Positions 35,659-46,780 of a DNA stretch of 62,650 bases are shown here, piece after piece; the stretch's first letter is position 1, and every line of letters starts with the position of its first letter. The stretch comes from a virus. The notes under the pieces were generated by a model. That model searched no databases, was not told the DNA's origin, and was given only the letters and a program-made list of their open reading frames with translations. The position numbers and the translations under genes were made by a program. The stretch lies in IMG/VR virus record IMGVR_UViG_3300034418_004553. One strand, 5' to 3'.

Positions 35659-36438
35659 ATGCCCTTTCCAGTAACACCTATGATGGTTGGCCAAGGTTTA
35701 AAAGCCGTGGGAGGAGTCGTACAACTCGTAGACGGAGCCATCAAAGCCAAAGAAGCTAAGCGAAAAGCTGAAGAGGCTGAGAGAGAAATGGAAAAGCAGA
35801 AGAATCTTTTTGCTAGTTTAGATACTAGTAATCCATACCTTAATATGGAGAACACAATGGAAGATCTTACTGTTAACCAGAAAGAAGCTCAGTTCATGGC
35901 TCAACAATCACAGCAATCACAAGCTAATATTTTACAGCAGATGCGTGGCGCTGCTGGAGGCTCGGGTATTGCAGCGTTAGCTCAAACGCTAGCTAACCAA
36001 GGAGCTCTTGAATCTCAGAAAGCCGCAGCGTCTATTGGTGCTCAAGAAGCAGCTAACAGGCAGTTAAGAGCTCAAGAAGCTAGTAGAATACAAGATTTAG
36101 AGCGTGAAGGTGACGTATTAAGTAGACAAGCTGAAGCCGATAAGGTTGGTACATTACTGGGTATGGCTGCTGAAGATGCTGCTGCGCAAAGAGACGCTCA
36201 ACAACAATTTAGAACTCAAGCTATACAAGGTTTAGGTTCGGCTATACAAGGTGGTATTGGTATTGCTGGTGAGTTTGGTGGTAGTGAATCTCTTACAGAT
36301 GTTACTAATCTCAACCAAGCACCACTAGAAGACCCTTTGGCTAGAGCAAATCAGTTGCAAGAAGATTCTATGAAACGGCTACAAGGCTTTGACCTGCGAA
36401 CCCAACTCCTTAATATTAATCCCCGCAAAACTGATTAA
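35659..36438 (+). CDS. Q/A-rich putative internal virion protein
   Basis: 259 aa, low-complexity Q/A/G coiled composition. Precedes the 3081-aa ORF. Confidence 0.45.
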   Translation: MPFPVTPMMVGQGLKAVGGVVQLVDGAIKAKEAKRKAEEAEREMEKQKNLFASLDTSNPYLNMENTMEDLTVNQKEAQFMAQQSQQSQANILQQMRGAAGGSGIAALAQTLANQGALESQKAAASIGAQEAANRQLRAQEASRIQDLEREGDVLSRQAEADKVGTLLGMAAEDAAAQRDAQQQFRTQAIQGLGSAIQGGIGIAGEFGGSESLTDVTNLNQAPLEDPLARANQLQEDSMKRLQGFDLRTQLLNINPRKTD

Positions 36439-36441
36439 GAC

Positions 36442-37530
36442 ATGGCAGAAACAACAAAATCATTAGACTACTCTGGCGGTAGCATGCTAGACAGATATGC
36501 TGCGGCTAGGGAAAAACAAGCTACTGGATCCGCAAGCGTGGATGTCGGTGGTATAATTTCTGGTGTTGGAGAGATGGTCAGCCAAGAAGCTCAGATTAAA
36601 AAAGATACTGAAGACGCAGCTTTAGCAAACTGGGATAAAGGCTTTGACTCTATGGGTGATCGAGGTTCATGGGCATCACCACAATTATTCGATCAGTTCC
36701 AAGATTTAGAGTCTACATTTAAAGACCAGTACGTGGCTGCAGTTAAAAGCGGTGATAAAAAGTTACAACAAAGCTTACTAACGCAGCAAGGTAATAGAGC
36801 TTCGTCTTTACAAGCTTGGACAGAGACAATGGAGACTGCGTCGCAGATTAATAACGGCCCAGGTTGGGGACATGTTGTAAACGGAAACGACGAACATAAA
36901 GCCCTACTTGAGGCATTAGCTAAAAACGATGGATCAGCAAAGCCTGTAGTTGGCGAGGGCGGAGAGCTTATGTTTGAGTTTAACGGTAAGCAATATTCAA
37001 GACGCGATGTTGACGATATAGTAGCTAAAGGAACGTTCCCTTCTTCTATGAAAAACGACTTTCTTAATGGCGCTGCTAATCAACTAAACGCAGGGCTTCA
37101 AGGTGGTTACTTTGATCAAGAGTTGACTTATCAAACAAACCTTAATAGCTTAAGCGATGATAACATGTCTTCATACATACACGACCCAGTCACTGGCGCT
37201 ACATCGTTCGCCGAAGATATTAAAAAGTTAAAAGGATCTACATTTAGTATAGCGGTAGAAAAAGATAGTGCTTTAGATCCTAGTGGCGATGGTAAATTTA
37301 CAGCAGCAGACTTTAAGGTAGAAAATGCTGACATTAATAAGATGTTAGAGATGATCGAAAGCGATCCTAAAATAGGTAAGCCTATAATCGCTGAATACTT
37401 GACACTCAAGCAAAAGGCTAACTTTGATAGAGGTGAAACTGAGTACAAAGAAAGACAAAAAGCAAGTGATCCTACATATGGCATGACTACTGAGCAGAGA
37501 CTAGAGTACTACAAAACGGTTAAAAAATAA
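36442..37530 (+). CDS. Putative internal virion protein
   Basis: 362-aa ORF. Called on position only. Confidence 0.45.
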   Translation: MAETTKSLDYSGGSMLDRYAAAREKQATGSASVDVGGIISGVGEMVSQEAQIKKDTEDAALANWDKGFDSMGDRGSWASPQLFDQFQDLESTFKDQYVAAVKSGDKKLQQSLLTQQGNRASSLQAWTETMETASQINNGPGWGHVVNGNDEHKALLEALAKNDGSAKPVVGEGGELMFEFNGKQYSRRDVDDIVAKGTFPSSMKNDFLNGAANQLNAGLQGGYFDQELTYQTNLNSLSDDNMSSYIHDPVTGATSFAEDIKKLKGSTFSIAVEKDSALDPSGDGKFTAADFKVENADINKMLEMIESDPKIGKPIIAEYLTLKQKANFDRGETEYKERQKASDPTYGMTTEQRLEYYKTVKK

Positions 37531-37534
37531 CTAG

Positions 37535-40500
37535 ATGAACGAAGAGTTGTTGAAAATAATTGAGGCTATGGAGGCTGCTAATGAACCAGCAGAGTCTATA
37601 GCAGCTGTAGTACAGCAATACATGGCGGAGCAAGGCACGGATACGGCAGATACACCTGCTGCTGACGTTATGTCAGTTAGCCAGCGTGATGTAGATGCTG
37701 GTATAAAACCAGAGTCGTATGTTAACTCTACTTACTGGAACACCTTAAGTGACGAAGTAGATAGATCCCAATATTATGATTCTGAAGGCAACTTTATAGC
37801 TAATGATTCTCTTTTGTCCGACCCTCACTATAACCAAGCGTTACAGGAAGAGCAAACTCGTGAAACTATTGTGCGAGATTCTTCTGTAACTGGATTAACA
37901 GAGACTGAAAAGAGGTACGATATTACAGAGGAAGACGAAAAAATTATTGAGTCTGAGGCTCTAAATGTGTACAACAATTACGCATCTAACAGTGAAGAGC
38001 TGGCTAATATACCAGAAGACAACGTCGGTAGTGGTGACATGTTTGCTGGTATGATGAATGACATCGTAAGCGGTAGACTTAACGGTGTTTTACCTAGGAA
38101 GTTTAGACCTGGTGGTAATGAATACGGTAAATTTTCAGCAAATCCTCGAGCGGTGTATGAAGCTTGGCTTAGAGAAAACACCAAAGACTCTGAATCTGTT
38201 CTCATGCAGAACATCAATCGCTTTGGTAAGTATCAAGATCTTGTTCTTAAATTTGCAAACGAAGGCTACCAAACAGATACTCAAATAAGAGAACAATCAG
38301 AAGCTAACGAAATAAAGTACTTTAATACTAGACTACGTTTAGCTTTAAATAAATATTTAGAAGAAGCTTATGGTTCTGCTGACTCTGCTGAAGCTGAAGA
38401 GTTTTTAAAAAACGCTGGTAACATCACATTAAAAGATATTAAAGACGATGTATACGGTACGAGAGGCAAGGGTAAGAGAAAACTTAAAGATATTTATGAC
38501 GCTTTAGAAGGTACTGACGAGCTAAGATCAGAAATATTAGCTCAAGAAAACAGGGGTATAAGATCTAATCTTATTAAAAATAGAGCTAGTGAAATAGCTA
38601 AATCAACTGTAGAAGGCGGAACTTATGAAGGAAGTGCGCTAGCAGGTACGGGTGCTATTAACTCTATATTTGGTAAAACAGAACAGCAGTTAGCTATAAT
38701 AGACGCCTCTGAAGAAGATTTTGCACAAATACAAGATGACGCTAAACAAAAAGCTATTGAAGGAGATTTAGTCCATCAACAGCTGAATGTCGTTAATGAT
38801 AGGTTAAGTAGTTTAGCTTCTGAAATAAAAGATTTTGGAGACCCTAAAGAGTACATTAAATCTATTAAAGACAAATATGATTTAAATACAGAGCAAGGCA
38901 TTAACGACGCTAATAAGGAGATACAGGATTTTATTGGTAAGTACACTAATTTAATAGACGAGTACAACGTAGCTCTAGATTCTTCTAAATCTTTGCATGA
39001 TTCAGTAATAAAGGTCGGTGCTGAATTAGAGCAATTAAGTATTAGAGAGCAAGATCTTAATGCTTTTACTAATCAAATAAGTAAAAATCATAGAGTAGCT
39101 ACTCAAATGGCTCTATCTTTCCACAACGGTATAGTTAGTCTTGGTGAAGGTGGTTTAGAGCTTGCTTACATGGTTAACCCTTTGGGTGCGCTAAGTGATG
39201 AACTTGTCGACCTGTACGGTGAAGATTCTTTTGTAGATGCGGTTATTGAAACCGCAAGGTTCGCTACAGCTTTACCTACTGGTGGTATATCTTTATATTC
39301 AGGTGAACGCAGAGACAAGATCAGAGGGTCTATAGATGGTTACAAAAACCATGTTAACTCTCTAGTTGTAGAGCCTCCAAAATTCGATGACATAGATGGT
39401 TTTGGTAGTGCCGTTGAGTGGGCGTTGATTACAGGTGCTAGTCAAGCTCCGCAACTAGCTTTGCTCGCGGCTACTGGAGGTACCGCTGGTTTAATTATGA
39501 TGGGCGGTATATCTGCAGGTAATAAATTTAGCGAGATGGACTCCGCTAGAGATTTATACAGAAGAACCGGTGGTATGTATGGGCAGAACCATAGTTTTGG
39601 TGAAATGTATGCGGCGTCTCTTGCTTCGGGTACTATAGAAGCTTTATCTGAAAAAGTAACGTTAAACTTACTTAAAGGTACAGGAGGTATTAGCTCTAAG
39701 TTTTTATTCGGTGATATAGGTAAAAGAGCTGCTACTACTTTCTTGAGAAAAGACGTACTTAAAGTAGGTTTAAGAAGCACAGCAGCTGCTGGTTTAGATT
39801 TATTTGACGAAGGTGCTTCTGAAGCGCTAGCTCAAATGGGTGGTAACTACATTGATAGACTAGCCGGTGACAAAGAGATTGGTATATTCGACGGTGTTGA
39901 TGAAGCGTTTGTTACAGGTGCTTTAATAGGCGGTACGTTATCTGCACCAACCTTGTTTAGAAACACTTACCGCGCTTTCCAAAGCGTTGAGGCATCTGAC
40001 GTTCTAGATTCTAATAGAGCTAGAATACAAGAGCTAAACTCTATTATAAACGATCCAAACTCTACAGAAGAAACTGTAAGACAAGCTGAGGAAAACATAC
40101 AAAGTTTAGTCGCGGAAAATGCAGAGCTAATAGCGTTTGATTTAAAACGCGTTGACTCGCTAAGCAAAGAGCAAAAAGCAGAGCTACTTAAAATAGACGA
40201 GTCTCAAAGAAACTTAGAGGTAAGGCTTTCTGAAATTGCAGCTTCTGAAGACTTGACTAAAGAGCAGAAAGAAAAGATTTATGCTGAAATGAACATCGGC
40301 TATAACAAAAACCTTGCTCGTAAAAATCAAATACTAAAAAGCATACCTACAGATGAAGTTCTTAAAAACCACGAGAACGACATCAAACGCATAGAAGAAG
40401 AGAGTGCTAGGCTAGTTGCTGAAGGTGGACCTGCTATTAATGTAACTAGATCTAATGGGAAGAACGATGCTGATATTGCTAGTCAGTTTGAAGAGTGGAA

Positions 40501-43500
40501 GAACAGCGCTAAAAAAAGAGGTAACGTAAAGATAGCTGCGTCAGAAGACGGCACGCGAATTTACGGTGCTATGGTGCCTATATTAGACAATAGTGGTAAA
40601 GTTGTTAGCTACGAGATGTTTTTTAATGATAAGAACATCTACGAAGATGGTGTCACTACTACTGGAACACACGAGCTTTTACATGCAGCTATATTCAACA
40701 CTATACGAGCTAACCCTGTGTTAAGAAATAGATTTGGAGACGCTATTAATAGAATACTAGATGGTCCAGGCGTAAAGATATCTAAAAAAGCTCAAGAACA
40801 GTTAGATTTATTAAACCAATACAGCAAAGAACAAAGAGGCGAAGAGTTGTTTGCTAAGGTTTCTGAACTAATGGTATCTGGTGATATAACAATTGACGGT
40901 GGTGCTGTGGGTAAGTTTAAAGATTTACTACGTAGAACGTCTATGCAAAATACAGATACTGACATTGTATTCGACGGAGACGTTGACGTTAGAAACTTTT
41001 TGAAAGACTACTCAAGATCTAGAAAAAAAGGCATAGCTGACAAACGTATAACAAGCTTGTTTACTAAAGGAGCAAAAGGACGTATAGTAGAGCAACCTAA
41101 AACTAGAGAAGAAGCTAGAAGAGTTGTTGAAGGAAGACTAGAAGAAGCTCTAGAAGAAAGCTTTATGACTACACTGTCTGCTAGTATTAGATCTAATCCA
41201 GACCTACGTCAAGAGTTTGATCAGTTTACTAAAAACGAAGATGGAACTCCTAAGTATAAAACTCAACAGGAGTGGGAGAGCAGTCAAGACTACGTAGATG
41301 CATACCAAAAGATAGTAGAAAGTAACCTTCTAGATGGTTTAATTCAGACTAAGATGATAGAGCGCGGGGTGCCACCAGCTGCTCTTAGAGATTTTACTAG
41401 AAAGGTTAAAGAAAATATAGGTTTAAGATTCTTACCTACAGTAGATAAGAAAACAGGTAGAGTAAAACCTGATTCTGGTTATAGAATTTCAAATGATAGT
41501 TTGTTTGGCTGGTTAACAGGTGTTGCTGGTGGAGCTGGTCAATCCGTTATATACAGAGCCAAAGGTGACGTTATGAACGAGTATAAAGAAAGCGGTAATC
41601 TTGAAACTGTTTCTCTTGATGCTCCTATGGGTGAAACAACTACGTTTGAAGCTACTATAGAAGCTGAAACTGATGCGCTCATGCAGCAGCTTGAAGAAGC
41701 TGATTTAAGTAGAACTCGCGTAGAGCGTGAAGCTAGAAAACCAAAGAAAGTTGTTAATGAGCTAAACATTGACAGTGACGGTAAAGCCGCTATAAACAAA
41801 GCTGTAGCAGATGCAGCCGTTGATATAGCTGGATTACAGTATAAAGACGTTAAAAAGCTTGGTAACTCTGTTGATGCGCCACTGTATAAAACACTACAAA
41901 TCGTATCAGAAAAGTTCGGCGTAAATCCTAAAAACGTTATAAAATCTGCTAACTTAAACACTAAGCAGCGAAAAGCGGCGCAGCAGTTTATTAACGATAA
42001 CGTAGAGTTTTTATTAGAAATGTTACCTGATGGTGAGACTAGAAGCGGAGAAGCTACTGGTGTACCTAGAGTGTTGTTAAATAATTTCTACGAAAAAGGT
42101 GAGAGATTAAAATATAAAGACGGAGCTACAGCTGCAGGTAAATTTACACAGCAAAAGCGAACTGATATAACACCCGAGCAGTTTAAAGAAGCTTTCGGTA
42201 TTAGACCAGATGGCACTCTAGATAACAATAGAAAATACGACAGCGCTATAAATGCTTTAGTTAATCAAGCTACTATGCTAGCCAACAATCAGGCTCTACG
42301 CGAACACGCTATGAAAGAAGGTACTGCATCAGAAGCAGTAGTTGCTAAATTAGGTGAAGGTAAAGCTGAGGTAATGTTTAGTGTAAAGGTAAGAGATAAC
42401 GTTAAGAACACTTTCGATCAATTATACCCTGATCTAATAACAGCTGTAGCAGCATCTAATACTGGCGATATAGACTCTATAAGAGTAGCTGTTGAGTCTG
42501 TTTATGGTAATGTACTTAGTACGTCTGAAATTAAAAGGCTAGTAAATGAAATATACGATCAAGCCGACGAGTACAACACTATAAACCAAAACCTTAAAGG
42601 TGTCGGTGTTGATGTGCCTGTGAGCTTAGAACAGTTTTTACAAGCTAAATACGAAAGCAATAACAGTGAAAAAGGTATATTAAAAGCATTAGAAGATAAG
42701 TTACCAAAAGACGAATTAGGCAAAACAACAAGGATAGGCACTCATTTCTTAGATCTTGTAAGAATAAACAAGCAGCGAGCTGTACCAGGTTTGTTTGTCG
42801 CTGAAGCTAGAGCACTATTAGACAAAAAAGGAAATAGAATTTATTCGGATAAGCAAATAGCTGAAATGCTTATAGCTCACGCTATGCCTATGTTTGCTGG
42901 CTCGGGTAGAATAGCTGATCGTAGATTTATTGTAGAAAAAAGAGAGCCAGACGGAGAAAGAGTTGTTGTTAAAGACCCCAATTGGAAACCTACTAAGAGA
43001 AATAAAAAAGGCCAAGAGGTACCTCAGAAAAATAGAAAACAAGCTTTTCAAAGCGTACCTGATTTTATCGCTGTACTTAACACTCTTGGTTTAGGTAAAA
43101 TAGAAAAAGTTGGAAAAGGTTATACTCTTGATGGAGCTCCGTTAGATACTACGTTAATACCTGAAACATCAGAAGCTAGACTGTCAAGATCTAAGACAGA
43201 AAAGGCAAAAGCTGATTTATTTGAGAAAGGTAAAAAACAGGCTAAAGACGCAAGAGTTGTTACTAAAATAATATTAGACTCTCTATACGCTAAGGCTAAT
43301 GACCCTAGTAGTAGTTACGACTATGCTGATTTTGCTATGACTTTAACTAGTCTTGGCTCGAATATGCAAGCGCCTATGAGACGAGCTGCTTTGTTCGAAT
43401 ATTTTATGGAAGGTGTTGAAGATGTAGTAGCTAATAGAGGTGATGCAAGCATTGGATCTGTTACTGAGTTTGAGCACTTAAAACCTCAAGAAGAAGCTAT

Positions 43501-46500
43501 TGGAGAGATTATACACTCTTACTTAACTACTGGTGAACTTGATATGCGTATATTTGAAGGCGGTGGACCTTATAGACCATACAAGACTGGCGTTATTAGC
43601 AAGAGCATGGATAATGCGGTGACAGACGCTGGTCATAAGTTTATTTCTCCGAGATTAGGAAGAGGTGACAGCAGACAATACTCGTATGAAGCTATTGGCG
43701 ATAGTAGAATTAGACCTCTTAGAAGCATTGATCCAGCTAAAAAAGGTACTAACAAAGAGTTTATTGGTAGAGAGTGGGTTCAAATGAACGACGCTGTGTC
43801 AAGAGGTGATGGTACTGTAATTAAAGATATGAGAGTGCTGCAAGGTATATTTGGAAATATATCTTTCTCGAAGCGACCTGCTAAAAACAAAGGGGCTAGC
43901 GTACTTGATTTTGATGACACATTAGCTACAACTAACTCTAGCGTGTTGTTTACTGCGCCTGACGGAACTAAAGGTAAGTTAAACGCAGAAGAGTATGCTA
44001 GAGATTACGTTGAGCTGCTTGGTCAAGGCTATGAGTTTGATTTCTCAGAGTTCAACAAGGTTGTTGACGGAGCGCCTGGACCTTTGCTTGATAAAGCTAA
44101 AAAATTAGCGAAGAAGTTTGGTACTGATAACATGTTTATCTTGACCGCTAGAGCACCACAGGCTCAAGAAGCTATATTCGAGTTTATGAAATCTCAAAGC
44201 TTAGAAATACCTATTGACAACATCGTAGGCTTAGGTAATTCTACTGGTCAAGCTAAAGCTAACTGGATCGCTGAGAACTTAATAAAGGAAGGATACAATG
44301 ATATGTACTTCGCGGATGATGCGTTACAAAACGTAGAGGCCGTTAAAGCTATGTTTGAGCTGTTTGATGTTAAGAGCAAAGTCCAGCAAGCTAAGGCTGA
44401 GTTTAGTAGAAGAGCGCCTAAGAAAATGGATGGTATCATCGATGAAGGCGCTGCTGATCTTGATTCAGACTTTAATATTATACTAGAGCAAACTAAAGGT
44501 GTAGCTAGATTCAAGCAGTTCTCTGCTGGTAAAGCTAGACAACGTGGTAAAAACAAAGGTAGATTTAAATTCTTTATACCACCTTCAGCCGATGATTTTG
44601 CTGGTTTACTATATAGCTTCATGGGTAAAGGTGAGATTGGTAACAAGCACCACGCCTTCTTCAAGAAGCATTTGTTCGATCCGTTTAGTAAAGGTGTTAG
44701 ACTTTTAAATAGAGTAAACCAAATAGCAGCTAATGATTTAAAGAACTTGCGTAAGTCTTTCCCTGATGTTCGCAGGAGCCTTAAAGATAAGTTGCCAGGG
44801 CTAGAGTACACTACTGAAGATGCTATAAGAGTATACAACTGGAACAAGCAAGGATTTGATGTTCCAGGTTTATCACAGACAGATCTAAACGCTATTGTTA
44901 AAGCTGTTGAAGGTAACGCTAGCTTGAAAGCATTTGCTGATGGTGTTAGTAGAATTATTGTTGGAGAAGCTATTATGCCAGACGACTCTTGGTTAGGTGG
45001 TACTATAGCATCTGATATTAACGATTCTCTTGAAAACGCTAGATCGACATACTTGCAAGAGTGGATAGATAATAAAAACGCTATATTCACTGAAGCTAAC
45101 ATGAATAAAATTGAAGCTGTTTATGGCTCTAATTTTAGAGAGGCTTTAGAAGATGTGCTATTCCGTATGGAAAACGGTGGTAACAGATCTCAAGGTCAAG
45201 GTAGACTAATGAACACCTTTACTAACTGGATACACGGATCTATTGGTACTACTATGTTCTTCAATGCAAGATCAGCTATGTTGCAGATGATTTCAAATGT
45301 TAACTTTATTAACTGGAGTGACAACAATATGTTAAAAGCAGCAGCTGCGTTTGCAAATCAAAAACAATACTGGTCTGATGTTGCTATGATATTTAACTCT
45401 GACTTCTTAAAGCAGAGAAGAGGTAGAATACAAACAGATGTTAACGCGGCAGAGCTACTAGCAGAGATACGTGATTCTAAAAACCCAATGAAGAAAGCTA
45501 CGGCTTACCTTCTTCAATTAGGTTTTACACCGACGCAAATTGCGGATAGCTTTGCTATTGCAACTGGTGGTGCTACGTTCTATAGAAACAGAGTTGATTC
45601 GTATATCAAAGAAGGTATGTCTAAGAAAGACGCTGAAACAAAAGCGTTTGAAGATATGATGGAGATCGCTGAGGAAACTCAGCAGTCTACAAGAGAAGAT
45701 AGAATATCTCAACAGCAGGCTTCACCTCTTGGTAAGTTTATACTGGCTTTCCAAAACACACCTATGCAGTACAATCGTTTGATTAAGAAAGCTGCTCAGG
45801 ACTTAGTTAACGGAAGAGGTGATGCTACAGCTAATGTCTCTAAGATCGTTTACTACGGTGCTATACAGAACATGATATTCTACGGGCTTCAGCAAGCTTT
45901 GTTCGCAGCAATGTTCGGTGACGACGAAGAAGATAAGATCGATGACAAGCAGAAAGAGCGTATGATTAACGGTATGCTTGATACTGTATTAAGAGGTTCC
46001 GGTATTGGCGGTGCTGTTGTATCTACAACAAAGAACGTTATCTTGAAGTTCATGGAGCAAGAAGAGAAAGCTAAAGATGATAAGTTCTTCACTGAGCCAG
46101 ATCACGCTTACACTGTTATCGAGGCACTCAATATATCTCCACCGATCGGTATTAAAGCTAGAAAGCTATACAGCGCTTTGCAGTCTTGGGAGTTTAACAG
46201 AGAAGTTATCGATTACATGGACAAGACTGATATCGATAACCCAGTTTACGATGCGGTATTTAGCGCTACTGAGGCTGTTACAAACCTACCTTTATCAAGA
46301 CTGTATAGCAAATACCAGAACTTGAAAGAAGCTGCTAACTCAGATCACGAAACGTGGAAGAGAGTAGCCATGCTACTGGGTTGGAGTAAGTGGAGCTTTG
46401 GTATTAAGAACCAAGACGTGATGTCTGCTAAGAACGAGATTAAAGAAATCAAAGCTGAAGAAAGAGAAGAGCGTCAAGAGCAGAAAAAGCTCGAGCGACA

Positions 46501-46780
46501 GATAGCTAAAGACGAAGAAGAACGTCAAGTTATTGAAGATAACAAGCTTGATCAAGACGAAAAGAGAGAAGAAGGAGATGCAGAAGTTCAATGCGCTGCT
46601 GTTAGTAAATCCGGTAAGCGATGTTCTAATATTGCTTTAGATGGTAAAAGCTTTTGCACGGTGCACGATGAAGTTCCTCAACAAGAAAACGAAGTTCAAT
46701 GCTCACACACAAAGAGTAACGGTGAGCGCTGTAAAATGAAAACTAAAAACAAATCAGGAAAATGTTACTACCACGATTAA
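37535..46780 (+). CDS. Giant polyvalent protein (3081 aa): zincin HExxH, HAD-phosphatase-like domain, twin C-terminal Zn-ribbons
   Basis: HELLH at 40670..40684. HAD motif I VLDFDDTLATT (43901..), motif II MFILTARAP, motif IV YFADDALQNV (about 44305..44345). Two copies of EVQC-x6-G-x-RC-x9/10-C-x2-HD (46581..46777). Confidence 0.65.
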   Translation: MNEELLKIIEAMEAANEPAESIAAVVQQYMAEQGTDTADTPAADVMSVSQRDVDAGIKPESYVNSTYWNTLSDEVDRSQYYDSEGNFIANDSLLSDPHYNQALQEEQTRETIVRDSSVTGLTETEKRYDITEEDEKIIESEALNVYNNYASNSEELANIPEDNVGSGDMFAGMMNDIVSGRLNGVLPRKFRPGGNEYGKFSANPRAVYEAWLRENTKDSESVLMQNINRFGKYQDLVLKFANEGYQTDTQIREQSEANEIKYFNTRLRLALNKYLEEAYGSADSAEAEEFLKNAGNITLKDIKDDVYGTRGKGKRKLKDIYDALEGTDELRSEILAQENRGIRSNLIKNRASEIAKSTVEGGTYEGSALAGTGAINSIFGKTEQQLAIIDASEEDFAQIQDDAKQKAIEGDLVHQQLNVVNDRLSSLASEIKDFGDPKEYIKSIKDKYDLNTEQGINDANKEIQDFIGKYTNLIDEYNVALDSSKSLHDSVIKVGAELEQLSIREQDLNAFTNQISKNHRVATQMALSFHNGIVSLGEGGLELAYMVNPLGALSDELVDLYGEDSFVDAVIETARFATALPTGGISLYSGERRDKIRGSIDGYKNHVNSLVVEPPKFDDIDGFGSAVEWALITGASQAPQLALLAATGGTAGLIMMGGISAGNKFSEMDSARDLYRRTGGMYGQNHSFGEMYAASLASGTIEALSEKVTLNLLKGTGGISSKFLFGDIGKRAATTFLRKDVLKVGLRSTAAAGLDLFDEGASEALAQMGGNYIDRLAGDKEIGIFDGVDEAFVTGALIGGTLSAPTLFRNTYRAFQSVEASDVLDSNRARIQELNSIINDPNSTEETVRQAEENIQSLVAENAELIAFDLKRVDSLSKEQKAELLKIDESQRNLEVRLSEIAASEDLTKEQKEKIYAEMNIGYNKNLARKNQILKSIPTDEVLKNHENDIKRIEEESARLVAEGGPAINVTRSNGKNDADIASQFEEWKNSAKKRGNVKIAASEDGTRIYGAMVPILDNSGKVVSYEMFFNDKNIYEDGVTTTGTHELLHAAIFNTIRANPVLRNRFGDAINRILDGPGVKISKKAQEQLDLLNQYSKEQRGEELFAKVSELMVSGDITIDGGAVGKFKDLLRRTSMQNTDTDIVFDGDVDVRNFLKDYSRSRKKGIADKRITSLFTKGAKGRIVEQPKTREEARRVVEGRLEEALEESFMTTLSASIRSNPDLRQEFDQFTKNEDGTPKYKTQQEWESSQDYVDAYQKIVESNLLDGLIQTKMIERGVPPAALRDFTRKVKENIGLRFLPTVDKKTGRVKPDSGYRISNDSLFGWLTGVAGGAGQSVIYRAKGDVMNEYKESGNLETVSLDAPMGETTTFEATIEAETDALMQQLEEADLSRTRVEREARKPKKVVNELNIDSDGKAAINKAVADAAVDIAGLQYKDVKKLGNSVDAPLYKTLQIVSEKFGVNPKNVIKSANLNTKQRKAAQQFINDNVEFLLEMLPDGETRSGEATGVPRVLLNNFYEKGERLKYKDGATAAGKFTQQKRTDITPEQFKEAFGIRPDGTLDNNRKYDSAINALVNQATMLANNQALREHAMKEGTASEAVVAKLGEGKAEVMFSVKVRDNVKNTFDQLYPDLITAVAASNTGDIDSIRVAVESVYGNVLSTSEIKRLVNEIYDQADEYNTINQNLKGVGVDVPVSLEQFLQAKYESNNSEKGILKALEDKLPKDELGKTTRIGTHFLDLVRINKQRAVPGLFVAEARALLDKKGNRIYSDKQIAEMLIAHAMPMFAGSGRIADRRFIVEKREPDGERVVVKDPNWKPTKRNKKGQEVPQKNRKQAFQSVPDFIAVLNTLGLGKIEKVGKGYTLDGAPLDTTLIPETSEARLSRSKTEKAKADLFEKGKKQAKDARVVTKIILDSLYAKANDPSSSYDYADFAMTLTSLGSNMQAPMRRAALFEYFMEGVEDVVANRGDASIGSVTEFEHLKPQEEAIGEIIHSYLTTGELDMRIFEGGGPYRPYKTGVISKSMDNAVTDAGHKFISPRLGRGDSRQYSYEAIGDSRIRPLRSIDPAKKGTNKEFIGREWVQMNDAVSRGDGTVIKDMRVLQGIFGNISFSKRPAKNKGASVLDFDDTLATTNSSVLFTAPDGTKGKLNAEEYARDYVELLGQGYEFDFSEFNKVVDGAPGPLLDKAKKLAKKFGTDNMFILTARAPQAQEAIFEFMKSQSLEIPIDNIVGLGNSTGQAKANWIAENLIKEGYNDMYFADDALQNVEAVKAMFELFDVKSKVQQAKAEFSRRAPKKMDGIIDEGAADLDSDFNIILEQTKGVARFKQFSAGKARQRGKNKGRFKFFIPPSADDFAGLLYSFMGKGEIGNKHHAFFKKHLFDPFSKGVRLLNRVNQIAANDLKNLRKSFPDVRRSLKDKLPGLEYTTEDAIRVYNWNKQGFDVPGLSQTDLNAIVKAVEGNASLKAFADGVSRIIVGEAIMPDDSWLGGTIASDINDSLENARSTYLQEWIDNKNAIFTEANMNKIEAVYGSNFREALEDVLFRMENGGNRSQGQGRLMNTFTNWIHGSIGTTMFFNARSAMLQMISNVNFINWSDNNMLKAAAAFANQKQYWSDVAMIFNSDFLKQRRGRIQTDVNAAELLAEIRDSKNPMKKATAYLLQLGFTPTQIADSFAIATGGATFYRNRVDSYIKEGMSKKDAETKAFEDMMEIAEETQQSTREDRISQQQASPLGKFILAFQNTPMQYNRLIKKAAQDLVNGRGDATANVSKIVYYGAIQNMIFYGLQQALFAAMFGDDEEDKIDDKQKERMINGMLDTVLRGSGIGGAVVSTTKNVILKFMEQEEKAKDDKFFTEPDHAYTVIEALNISPPIGIKARKLYSALQSWEFNREVIDYMDKTDIDNPVYDAVFSATEAVTNLPLSRLYSKYQNLKEAANSDHETWKRVAMLLGWSKWSFGIKNQDVMSAKNEIKEIKAEEREERQEQKKLERQIAKDEEERQVIEDNKLDQDEKREEGDAEVQCAAVSKSGKRCSNIALDGKSFCTVHDEVPQQENEVQCSHTKSNGERCKMKTKNKSGKCYYHD

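Noticed and set aside
44248-45102. 284-aa minus-strand ORF (plus 41539..41961, 39442..39780 and others) inside the 3081-aa gene
   Set aside because: These are antisense shadows of a long uninterrupted plus-strand ORF. They have S/L/A-rich junk composition and no start context.
37535-46780. Virion RNA polymerase (N4-like vRNAP or crAss-like two-barrel RNAP) because of size and a DFDD motif
   Set aside because: The DFDDT motif is followed at the right spacing by HAD motifs II and IV (TARAP, FADD). It therefore reads as a HAD phosphatase motif, not a DxDGD metal site. I could not find T7-like motifs A/B/C. The idea cannot be fully excluded without structure prediction.
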